A stretch of DNA of 63,382 nt, filler included, from Choristocarpus tenellus KU-1152 (taxonomy: Eukaryota; Protista; Phaeophyceae), in assembly GCA_964200185.2 (NCBI GenBank). It is 8 parts of 8 records of this genome, joined end to end, with 100 filler letters (N's around TTAATTAATTAA, not from the genome) between each part and the next. Parts side by side here need not be neighbours in the genome. Positions count along the whole stretch, not along the records: positions 12,476 to 20,698 come from CAXNAD020004976.1; positions 20,799 to 30,144 come from CAXNAD020003758.1; 6 more parts are not named here. One strand, given 5' to 3'. Below, one piece after another: positions 12,918-24,250 of this stretch (positions within the stretch are counted from its first letter, which is position 1; each line of letters starts with the position of its first letter). The notes under the pieces were generated by a model. The model was given only the letters and a program-made list of their open reading frames with translations, was not told the origin of the DNA and did not search any database. The position numbers were made by a program, and so were the translations under genes.

Positions 12918-15900
12918 GAATGTGGATGATATATTCTCCATTAGTAGAGAGATCACTGCAGCAATGGCAATGACTGTCGCAACTACAGGTGGGCATTGCG
13001 TTAATGAGGCAACAACTGCTACGCGTTGTTGTAATTCTAACTCAATGTGAATGTCTTTGAGTGTGTGTGGTGTTGATGTTGACCTCAAAGGATCAGTCTA
13101 TCTATGCAGGTTACCGAGGGAAAATGAGTGGGGCATCTTGGCCTCTATCGTACAGGAGGGTTGACTGCAGGGTAGATGAAAATATAATGTTGGCCTGAGT
13201 AGCCACAATCGACCCACTACTTCTTGATGGTGCTAGATTGTAACTTAAATCATATAAAAATACATATATATATATATATTCTTTCAGGTAAGGAGTGCTG
13301 TGGGTGATACTTGACCTGCGTTGTGTTGAGTACTTTTTAAGATCTATGTTGCCACTGCCATAAAGAAAACCGTGTGCCTTATCATCGATATGCCCCTATG
13401 TCTTGCCAGTGATGGACAAGGTGGTGAGTCAGTACGGATCTGTGGCGTTGAATAGGTGGATTGGTCGGACAAATATCGCTGTCATCAGGACCAACATTCT
13501 CTTCCTTCTCACGTGAGCTAACCACCATTCGATTTTAGGCACAGTTACCCTGTTTTGCTCTAGGCTTTTGTCACGCAATCAGTGGAGTACTTGGGGCTGT
13601 AGAGCACTGTAAATAACAGGCAGTGTATGTGTACGATAACGTTTCCCTGAGTAAGCTTCCAATGTACACCTGTTGTTTATATTTTCGGAGCTGACCTCGG
13701 ATCATTAGACTCGAAAAATTCTATGCCAGCACCTTTCGACAAATGTGAATCAACACCCCTGGCCATGTCTTCAACCCTCGTCCCAGGTGGTTGGGGATTT
13801 TTTTTTGTGGTCTGATGTAGATGCAGGGAAATAGCCTATCCAATGGTTGGTAAGGGTCACGGGTTGGTTACTGTACGTGGCCCATAGGTGATCATGGCAA
13901 GTCTAGATGTACTGGTTATTATTGGTTCTGATGAACACTCTCCACTAAAGTTTCAAACGTGCAAAGAGCAACATCTCCGAACTGTGTGTCAGTCCTTACG
14001 TAGATTGCACCTGTTGAAGCATTTGTTGAACAATTTAATTGATGTGTGAGATTTCGTTGCTCTAGGGGGGGTGCAATTCAATTGTCGATTTGTTTAGTTT
14101 TGTGACTGGATTCAAGAATTGTCTCTACTACTGAACTACCTAAACTTTCGCCTTTTGGGGGCCTCTATGTACACTCCTATTCGTGTCAAGTACAGAGTGG
14201 TGGAACCAATCAGACGGCTAATGTTCGATCCTATGGCGGCATCTAAGAGAAGCTATGCAGACAGGGTTCTGCTCAGCACTCGCATACGACATAACAATGT
14301 TGGTGGTTCTGGGTGAGTAACTCTGTAGACCTTTTTGAGAGGTCAGGTGACACATGAGGGTTGCGTTATGGAATAGATGGAGGGCACTACTTTGGTGTAT
14401 CACTCTTGCAATATTGTTCACTAATGCCAAGTACACTACGTCTTGATGATACATAACACTACATATATGTTGGGATTTAGGACAGTCATTACTGCCTCAG
14501 CTGGGAGTGAAACCCTGTATTGTGGGGGTAATCCTGCTTTGTGATATCCATATCCTCCAGACTACGCGCACCTGATTTGACTACTACTTCATGTTGGCTT
14601 GACATTTAGGCGAACAGGAACAAACTCTGGCAGAAGCGGAGTGATGGATACTTCTGACAACCTAAATCAAGGCCCAAATTCTAGTGTTCACAATCAAGAT
14701 GTGGAAGTTTGGAACTTTGAGCGCCTGGCATCGACGCCCATGTTGGCCAGTGCATTCGAGGATTTTGCGAGGAGGGCCTTGTGCCACGAATCTGTCCAAT
14801 TCCTGGTAGACGTTTCCAGGTGTGGAAGAGAGGTTGTGCTTGAGTACTTGTTATCCACAGTGATCAAAGAAAATGAAGTCGGAGCAGAAGCACAGACCTG
14901 TACCATAAAATTGTTGAAGATAGAACGTAGTTGAGACTACAGTGATTGAAAGCCGTAAGGCATATCTGCATGACTTGGCGATATATTTAGAACTGGACAA
15001 AAAAATCTTAGTACTAACAAGTTCTTGCTCGGTAGGAGTTGTTCCACCTTTCCCAACAGGATCACAATCCTTGTTGGCGATGATGTCCTGCTTTAAGTCT
15101 TGACGTTTCTATTGCACATCCTTCAGATATCAGGAAGGGAATTTCTCGGGAGTGACTTCTGAATTGGGCAGCGCTGGAAATCAGTACGAAGTATTCACAA
15201 TCATCGTCAAAACATATATTGTTCACAGTGCCCCACAGGAGATTAACATCAGGTTTGCACGAGTTTATGGTAGAGAGCAGCTGATCAAGGTTACCGTCAG
15301 TCAATTATGTGTAGGTAGGAAGGGTTGTGAGAGTGCCGACGACATCCATAGCTCTTTTCTTCATAAGGAATATTATTTGTTCTGTGTCGCACTGATTCAC
15401 CCTCATCCCAACCACCTTTACGTGGTATCAAGACATTTTTTTGTTTTTTTGGTGAATTTTATCAGGTACCCTGCAAGAGGCAGGGATTGTATCATGTGTG
15501 AATACCGAACTTATATCTATATACTAAGTTATCCTATTACTACTAGTAGTATTTGAATACGGTTCAGATTAAGAACATAATTACGACGGCTGTACTCGCG
15601 AAGAAATACACTACCAACCGTGCCCATGGGTACACTCTGTCAAATGATATCCCCCCACAAGACAAATAGAGTGGGGAGTGGCCACCATTGAGATTCCCGT
15701 GAAGGGTAGGCCCTGTTGGACATGCCAATGCCAGCACTCCATTGGACACAACCATGGTGCGGTTCAAAACGGAGAAACCTTCCATCTTGTAGTTGGTACA
15801 ACAATCTGATAGGCAAACGCGACTACCCGCTATGATGTATTGGCAACTACGTTATCAATATGGTTTAATCCATTGGTCGTGTAGGCAACTTGAAAGAGTG

Positions 15901-16799
15901 AGTGTCACCATTGCTACTGACACCTAAAAACGTACTCTCAAAAATTGTTACCTAGCCTTCCTAGCTCTCACATTCGAAAAATGGCATTTTTCACAGTGGC
16001 TACAAAATAGCATCCCCTCCTTGTTCTTACGCCTACTCACCAGTATCGTGTTCTAAAATGGTGAATTAAATTGTACAATTGAATAAACAACCCGGAACAC
16101 CAGTGATCGTTGAGATGAGGCAGCCACTTGCCCGGATGTTAATTTACATTCTCCAAAGTACAAATATCATATTTGACCTTTGAGAACGATCAAAGGGACT
16201 GCAATTTAAAACTGTACGGTTAATTCTGCCCAGCTCCAGAGACAAGAAGACGATACTGGACATCTCTTGCGCTGGACTGCCATTTTTTTCATACATGGCT
16301 GATGAAGAGAGGCGGTGAGAACTTCTTTGGAATGCAACTTTGATTCAAGTAGTCAGCAATACCAGGTGTCTCCTCTTAACCTCTTTCTTTTCTTGCTTTT
16401 GCATTTCATCGGCACCAGACATGCGAAGGAAACAATGCTTGAAATGATGACATATATGAGTACTCATTTTGTGACTGTAAATTTCACTTTGCTCCCTCTT
16501 ACCCACCCGTAACGGAAGCGGCACCAACACATTTATTTAATCACTGCAATGGATCACATCTGTCTGTCTCGATTGAACCAATATTCACCACAATTTATCC
16601 TCTAAATGTTTCGGCACTTGAACTTGCCGGAATCAATAATATTCTCCTCAGGTTAGTATTCGCCCAAGCTTACAAGGAAGTTTGTGATATGCTAGAAGCA
16701 AACTTACTTCAACGCTTCATGCAGTCCAAGGAGTTCACGCAGGTTAGGGCTCAGCGGGCAACGGTGACTACAATGATGGACTCCCCACAAACTGCGTGA
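12918..16799 (+). CDS. Regulator of G-protein signalling (RGS) domain protein, probably 7TM-RGS, 3' part
   Basis: Firm exons ~14098/14118-14312, 14610-14819, 15127-15252, 16234-16314 and 16652-16799 (TGA) join through phase-2 GT-AG introns. They give AFEDFARRALCHESVQFLVDV / IVKTYIVHSAPQEINISS / VFAQAYKEVCDMLEANLLQRFMQSKEF, the canonical RGS box. An upstream candidate exon 12918-12988 (RNVDDIFSISREITAAMAMTVATT) and the hydrophobic LLLNYLNFRLLGASMY suggest preceding TM helices. The 5' exon joins are unresolved. Confidence 0.85.
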
Positions 16800-18037
16800 T
16801 ACTCGGGCACATCCTTAGGACACGCAGCCTTTTTTTGCCGCAGAAGGCTAAGCTGATTGGGGGGAGAATACCAAACAGTTATCATGTATGCTTATCTAGC
16901 GAAGCCCAAACCTGATTATACACCGTTGTAGTTATGATGTACTTGTCTGTACACACACGCGTTGTATTTGGTACACATGGATATACCCTATATACTCGAA
17001 GTAAATATTGTATGTGACAGTAAATGGTGACAAAGATCGTCCCTCCAGACTTCCACCAGGTTCGGCAAGGCCTGAAGCTGGGAGACGACCCTTAGGTTTG
17101 CGCTATTTGATTGGAATGCATTAGTAGTATTGTACTAATGCTACTCCACTAGAATATCGAACCTTGTACAATACTAAAGTTTTTTTGAAGATATGTACTA
17201 CATTTTGAACATCCTCTGTGATGTTTGGCGGTTTGGGTAAGGTGATAGTTAGAATTTGCAAGCGCTCATTTGTAAGTATATCATGTGTGTGATACTCTTT
17301 GAATGATGTTATTAGAGATTCTACCTCTCCTGACATATTTGGATGATATTTTGGCGATTGGTGTTCTTGTCTGTGTATGTAGTGTAACTAACACGGTTTT
17401 TTCATGCATCTATTTGGCAATCTCCCTTGCATCCACATGCAGCTTCATATTCTATTGGTTCACGCTTGACCATTTTAGTGTACGATAGAATAATTCCTTA
17501 CGTGGAGAACATACGCGCTGAGTTCTGACTCACTGCATTGCGGAATTGCCAAAGTGCTGAGGGTAACTTAGACAAGCAGAGCTTGTCAAAGCCATTTGCA
17601 TCCCGCTAGAGTTGATTGGGTAATTATAACATCCTACTCTGTCCATCATTCTTCTTCTCTGAGCTCTTTCACCCTCAGGTGGACCTCCTTGCTCAACCTC
17701 CTGGTGCGCCCCCTGTTGCATTTGCTCCGTAAAACTGTGATTTTCGATTTTCACGACACCACCTTGAGTGGCCAAACTCCCCCCTGCTAAACACTATTTC
17801 AAGTTTGTCAGCTCAAGTGATCCCCTTCCGCCTCTTCTGGTTGGGCTTCCACTTTTAGTCGTGCAGTAAGTGGTTGATAGTGTGTAGACAATGAACCAGC
17901 TACTGTGTCCACCATATTATTTGTCGTGCATTTCACTTCCAAGACGTCTACAAATTCCATTGCTAGTCTACAATATTAACAAGAATTGCTCATGACCACC
18001 ATGGGGTGGAATATGGTCTGTACAGAATTTGATCCTG

Positions 18038-18553
18038 AGGTCTAGATGCCACATGTCGGACATGTCAAATCTGATTTGTTGAGTACAAAACAAGTTCCAA
18101 CGAATGAGTGGCTGTTCCTATCGTAAATATGAGTTATCCACGTTGGGGGACATCCTTACAAGTCAAAGACTCGGGAGTAAACCATTTCGTTTGTGGTTCA
18201 ATGATTTGTACTCATCAATATTTTTGCGCGTGGTGTGGGATATATATGCCAATGCCAATGACATGGTGAGATGCTGACGAATCAACACACTTTGTGATTT
18301 GTACAACTTGTGTTTGCAAGGAAAAATCGTTGCCAAGGACTCACCAAATCGATGTATTGTACCATGGAACCGTTTGTACATATTTCGCAGATGGGGGAGT
18401 TGTACGGAAAAACAGTTGTACTTGTTTGATAGACTGATCTGTGGTACGACAAATGGTTGTACATGTTTTGTAGTAGATGGGGGAGTGGTACAATAAATAT
18501 TTGTACACGTTTTGGAGAGGATGAGCTATACCGACAAATAATTGTAGGTCTTG
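18038..18553 (-). repeat. Older interspersed repeat family C (about 500 bp, internal ~41-bp subrepeats)
   Basis: Its reverse complement is colinear with 22455-22945 (ctcatcctct..aaacgtgtacaaatattt..atctgcgaaatat..gttgtacaaat..gatttg..tgtccgac). Confidence 0.65.
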
Positions 18554-18625
18554 TCAACAGAAGAAGAGTGGTGGTACCGATAAACAATATGCGGGCACTC
18601 TCCACCAATATAGAGTTAAATGTTT

Positions 18626-18880
18626 GAGTCAAACCAACTGAGAGGTAGGCAAGGTTGCATGTGAAAGATCCTGAACGAAGGGAAAAAAAGAGACAATTTC
18701 GTACCACTGGAGAAAGGGTCTTCGCTGAATTGTAGCGTAGTCTGTGTGTAGAAAGGGGGAATATCAATTTTGCGTTCACTACTGTGAAAGAAAACAGTGA
18801 AAACGAGTGTGGATAGGGTAAGAGAGATGACTTAGAATGCAAAGGGTTCAAACCTGCCTACCTCTCAATTTGTTTGACTC
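18626..18880 (+). mobile_element. MITE family B
   Basis: TIRs GAGTCAAACCAACTGAGAGGTAGGCA ... TGCCTACCTCTCAATTTGTTTGACTC; flanks GTTT/TTTT. Confidence 0.8.
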
Positions 18881-19474
18881 TTTTCAACTCAGAAGGTTAA
18901 GGGCAATCCATAGTGTATCGAGCCTGGGTACATGACACGCTGGAGTCATAATGTCATGACTTCCACAAGGTGGCCGTTTGGGAATGGAGGTGATATTATT
19001 TATACTGTAGAACAATAGAGAATAAGTACCGACTGTAGGTAATTTGAGCAGCACAAGTAACCAAAGACTTGAACAGGCCTTTGTTTCATTATAAGATAAG
19101 ATTTTACGAAATACTTTTTTTTTCTATGGACTCACAACGTAACATATGTACACGATTGTTCTATCCTGTTAAATTATAACGGAAGATTTTTGTCTAAGAT
19201 GAGGTAGGGACAGATCAACGACAGGCAATGACTTTTATTGATGCATAGGGACTAGTTTTTCATTAATGATAAAACGGTGAGTGATATCTACAAATCGAGT
19301 GTGTATGCTAACCAAGAAGGTTATATTGGCAAATGATTAGGATTTGCACATCTTCCTCGACACTGAGTTGTACTCAGTACATAATCTGTGATACAAGATT
19401 CCCTGGTAGAGATTATTCGTATATCTTATCAGTCCTTCCACCTTGACATACAATATTTATATTTTTTTCTACTG

Positions 19475-19656
19475 GGCTCGAAGTACCTGGCAGGGGGGGG
19501 GGTGGCTGCTGTCCATTTGGGGTCAATTTTATTATGTCGCGATTTTTAGCTTATTTGGTTGCATACTTCGGATGGATAATATAAATGCAAATTTCCTGAT
19601 TTTGTCCCAAATGGACATCCTGGTGTAGACCCCCTCCCCCTCAGATACGTTTGACC
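19475..19656 (+). mobile_element. MITE family D, full length (about 185 bp)
   Basis: ggctcgaagtacctgg-G-run ... C-rich tract-tcagatacgtttgacc; colinear with 41049-41232. Confidence 0.7.
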
Positions 19657-20698
19657 CTGCTGATTTGTAAAATGGCGAAAAAAAGAGTTAAGCCATGAAT
19701 TGCCAGATGTGTGTTAAACAAACACACAAGCACAGCTCATACTCCAGAGTATTGAATAATATTGCTTGAATAGTTTCCTTCTTCCACTTTTCCACTCCTC
19801 CACTGGATCCCTTCAGGCTGCCTGCTTAGACCCTCACAGTGACCATAAAGAGGAAATAAAGAGAGGCAGTATCCTGCTTTTGTCAAAGCTGTTGTCAAAT
19901 TCAACCACTATCCCGTTGAGCTCAGCAGACATTTATTTTGCATCTACCTATTGTTAGGTGACCAAATAGTTGTAATCTGCACCACATTATTCGTTGCTGA
20001 TTATGGTAGACTTGTACTACTCAGATAGATGTAGGGTCAGGGAGGGATGATGATTGCATATCTGGGCATTTTAGAAGGCGAATTCTTTGGTTATCTTCTT
20101 GATTTTGAATTCCTCACCTAGATTACTACTTTATGCCCTCACATATAATAGTCCCTATTTCCCACAGAGAAGGCACATCAATGTATAGCACGTAGCATAT
20201 CGTAGAGGGCTTCTAACATTGATAGCAGCAATGGATTTTCGCCACACCACGAACTAAAAGCATCCTTGCAAAACACCAAATGAGACCTCTCTTTGGGCGT
20301 TAAGAGAACTTTTGTTCTTATTCTAGACCTCAACTTCAAACGTTGTTGCTGGAGTAATAGACGTGCTTTCTTTCTCCATATGGGCCGCGAGCTGGGCCTC
20401 GAGTTCTGTTCGGATCCTTTCATTCCCACTGCTGCCTTCTTCCTTTTCGTGATGATGAATGTGTATGAGGGCATACCTGGCAGATGAATGACAATGCTTA
20501 CACAAATTACTTCACTACTATATATAATCAGCCATCGACACCCTCACTCCCAACATGTTCAGAGTCATCCTTTCTAACAGGGGAGTGTAGCTAATTACTG
20601 AGGATTTTGGACCCTATGACTACCTTGTGGCGCGCAGGTAGCACTCCTACCACTTTGGGTGGCGAATTTGCACTGTTGTGAGCGAATGTTCGTCTCCC

Positions 20699-20798
20699 NN
20701 NNNNNNNNNNNNNNNNNNNNNNNNNNNNNNNNNNNNNNNNNNTTAATTAATTAANNNNNNNNNNNNNNNNNNNNNNNNNNNNNNNNNNNNNNNNNNNN
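20699..20798. other. Artificial contig spacer
   Basis: 44 N + TTAATTAATTAA + 44 N. Confidence 0.97.
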
Positions 20799-22250
20799 CG
20801 AGGGAGGGCAGGCTTGAGTTGATCGAAAATTGTGTTGATTTCTCGAATGAATGCAGGCTGGGAGAAAGCCTTAATCAACTTTATACGTCCAATCTCAAGT
20901 CCAGGAATAAAAGTGAATATACGGCATCTTGCAAGAAGTTGGAGACCCCAAACCATTGGTATGCAAATAGTCTCAATCTCACCTCCTCTTCTTCCCTGGC
21001 GTCCTCGTCGATGGCTACCTCCCCCTACTTCGCTACCTATTTGAAGTAAAGGATTTGGTGGTATCGAAAAGTCTCCACAGCTGCCTTTGTTACGATCGCT
21101 TTCTCCTCGGCCTTGCGAGCCCTTTCAACCTTCTTTCGGACTTCACAGCCCTTGTAGCCCAACCCCAACACCTTCTTTCTCATTTCCTTAAGCCACTCTG
21201 GCTCGCACAGCTTCCAAATCTCAGGGCCTGCTGCAACTGTCGACTACTAAGATATTCTATATGTGGGATTTCGCTTAGGTGTTTCCTGAGTGCAATGGCA
21301 CGCAGTCGCACTGCTCTCTCCCCCAACCTTTCCCTTCTGGCGGCCACCCCGGTTCTCCCTTGGCCTGCGGCGACCAGGCTTCCTCACAGACTTCGTCACT
21401 GTATCACCTCGTGATGGACTCGCCGCTCTCTTCCTGCTTCCCGGAGGCGGCAGAGACTGCAGAGCAGTGCTCCGACGTGGTTGAAGATCCAACCACGTTT
21501 GTTTGGTAATGCTTTCGATGCATCTTCTCTCAGCGTCAGCGTCGCGGCCCTGTGATCCATTTCGCGGTTTGATTGTGCTGCTGCGCCACACTACTACTCG
21601 CACTTTCTCATCATCTAACATCCCACTGAGTGTCACGCGGCACTTAACAACCGATTTCAAAAATTGAGGATGGAGCTTTTCATTGAGGATGGGCTTGACC
21701 AAAAATTGACTGGGATAAAGTGTCAATATGTTTTGAAATCGGCTGTTAAAGTCTTGCTTTTCCGCTGCCTCTCGACAGAGAAGGTGACGAGGATATATCT
21801 AGGGGGCAGAGTGGCCTCGGTGGCTCTCCTTGTCTCACCGTCGTGGTTCAAGTTGTCGTGTTAAGTCACGTGTGTGTGTGTGCTCACAAAAAGTCTAGAA
21901 AAGGCGTTAAAAAGATGTCCGGAAATCTCGAGTTTTTTTCTCGGCACACTGACCAAACTTGGGCAGCGACGTACCTCGGACCAGTTTTTTTGGAAGTGAG
22001 TTCAGTCAACCACTTTATTTTTGTCCGTTTTGAAGCCGTGACCTTCAAAATTGCGCGGGAGATATTTCCCCGCGTTTTTGCCATTCTTTTATCGGGACAT
22101 AGCTCCCCGTTATTACCCGAAGCCTGGACATTCGTGGATACAAAGCTTCAAAAGTTCTTGTCATACCCTTTCATTTGATACATACATTGTTGTATAACGG
22201 TTGTGGCGTTCCAGAGAAAAAACGACGATTGCCAAAGAGGGTGAAGCTAC
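20799..22250 (-). pseudogene. Decayed intronless ORF with a transposon-like upstream terminal region (putative TE remnant)
   Basis: GC-richer, protein-like but frameshifted and stop-interrupted reading frames run from 21810 to 20800, with no clear splice signals. They are preceded by about 350 bp of non-coding sequence resembling DNA-transposon subtermini. No domain recognised. Confidence 0.3.
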
Positions 22251-22261
22251 TGGTATCACAT

Positions 22262-22440
22262 TCCTCCAAAATGTTTCGGAGTAGGTAAAATGTGTACGTC
22301 AGGAAAACGTGTGTCTGGAACAAGCATATTGACACTTCCCAACAAACATGATAGACAAAATTACATCAAAATTATTTCAACATTGATTGGATTTTGGTCT
22401 CCAAACGGACGTGGCTCTACCCTCTAAGATACTTTGGCTC
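22262..22440 (-). mobile_element. MITE family A, truncated copy
   Basis: Ends ggctctaccctctaagatactttggctc; the internal part matches the A consensus; the other TIR is missing. Confidence 0.8.
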
Positions 22441-22454
22441 TCATATACTCATTA

Positions 22455-22945
22455 AGGGTACCAGTTGTGGGTACGACTCATCCTCTGTGAAACGTGTACA
22501 AATATTTGTCATTCCGTCTCCACTATCTATGAAACGCGTGGAAATATTTGTCATGCCACTCCCTTATCTATGAAATGTGCGAAAATATTGTCCGTACCGC
22601 TCCTGTATCTGCGAAATATTTTAAACTGTATTGTCTAGTACAAATACACTGACTTGAATCCCTCCACAATGATTTGTACTTGTAAAATCAGTTGTACAAA
22701 TGAGTAAGTTGATTTATCATCTCATCACGTTGTCGGAATACTTATCCTATGTCACTCCCACCATGAATATGAACGGGTGTAAACGATTGGGATCCACAAA
22801 TAATAAATGAGTTAGCTCCTAAATATTTGATTTGTGGTCATGTGTCCCAAGGTGCATATTATCTCAGATTTACGACAGCAATGGCAATTAGATTGTCAGA
22901 AATAGTCTGTACGCCAAAATCGGATTTGTCCGACGTATGTATGCT
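22455..22945 (+). repeat. Interspersed repeat family C with three to four tandem ~41-bp subrepeats
   Basis: Units tgaaacgtgtacaaatatttgtcattccgtctccactatcta / tgaaacgcgtggaaatatttgtcatgccactcccttatcta / tgaaatgtgcgaaaatattgtccgtaccgctcctgtatctg. The second copy is at 18038-18553. Confidence 0.65.
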
Positions 22946-24250
22946 TTTGAAGGAATGCACTTACCTAAGCACCTACCTGCTCCAGGTTTCAACGTGGCAA
23001 ATACCTTGTATCTGCACCTACAGTTGAATATTTTCCGACTACCGACTGATCATGTCTGTAGATACAGCATAGCCCAACACCTACCCACAGTGACCTCCTC
23101 AGTGTTGAAAGTAAGCTTCTGCTTGATTGTGTCAAATATGTACCATATTGACTGAATGAAGAAAAACAAAGACCCTCACAAGGAAGTGCTGGTGACTACT
23201 ATCCCACCATTCGCTCCTTCTCATGCCATCATTTAATTTCCTTATCATTATTACACAAAGATAACACACCTGTCTTGCCTCATCTGTACTGTGTACCATA
23301 GTGCTAACTACTGCTGTACCCTCCACTAAATGCATCACTCTCAACACTGCACAGAACCATATCTCACCCTTCACTGCCACAATGAGGTGTCTAACACAAC
23401 TGCTGCTACTACTGCTGAATTTGAAGTAAAATACCAACATAACCGAGCCAGTACAATCTTCATTCATATCTGAGTCGAAACTACCGCTATCATCAAAATA
23501 ACCATATTCATCCATCCATCCATCCTTTCCAACCACACATCACTCACCAAACAAAATGCATTGCTCAACATAGCATATATATATATGTATGTATATACCC
23601 ATTATATATACATGCATGACCTTGTCGCGGTTCCAATGATATGGCAATAAGAAAAACCCATACAAGACACATGACACAGTGGAGGCTAACCAAAAAAGTC
23701 GAGCAAGTACAACAGACCCCTTCAAACAATTCCTGTCCACAAAGAAAAACACGAGAAATCAGCTATGAACGTAGCTGCCATTCACATTCAGAAACAAGAA
23801 CAATATATTATAGAGGGAGTATGTACCTAGGGGCTTTATTTCATGATACAAAACAAAAACACGGATAGGTAATATTGCTGAAAATGAAGAGGGCTGCTCT
23901 TGTACACCTGTCTAGCATGGCCGCCAACTTTGTTATTCTTGGCAATGTCGTATTGTTTGTTGATTTTGGTTCAACAATCCAGGCTACCCCAGCAGACATA
24001 CCCCATACAGTGCTAATCTCTTTCTCCAAAAGATGGCAAGGCAGGGGACACACAACTCAAACCAAGCCATACCTATCATCACCGAAAAAGTGCGGAACCT
24101 TGCTCTCTAGTGAGAGTGGACTGGGTCTCTGTAGCTGAGCTGGCAGAAAGCACCCAGCCTGTCACCAAGGTAACAGGCTGCAGCTCCACTCAGCCACAAC
24201 ATTCTTCACCCAGCAAAAGACTTGGGGGAAAGGGGGTGACAGGCAAGGTT

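Noticed and set aside
22488-22625. 41-bp periodic units as a CRISPR-like array
   Set aside because: The units are degenerate tandem copies without unique spacers, the context is eukaryotic and there are no cas genes.
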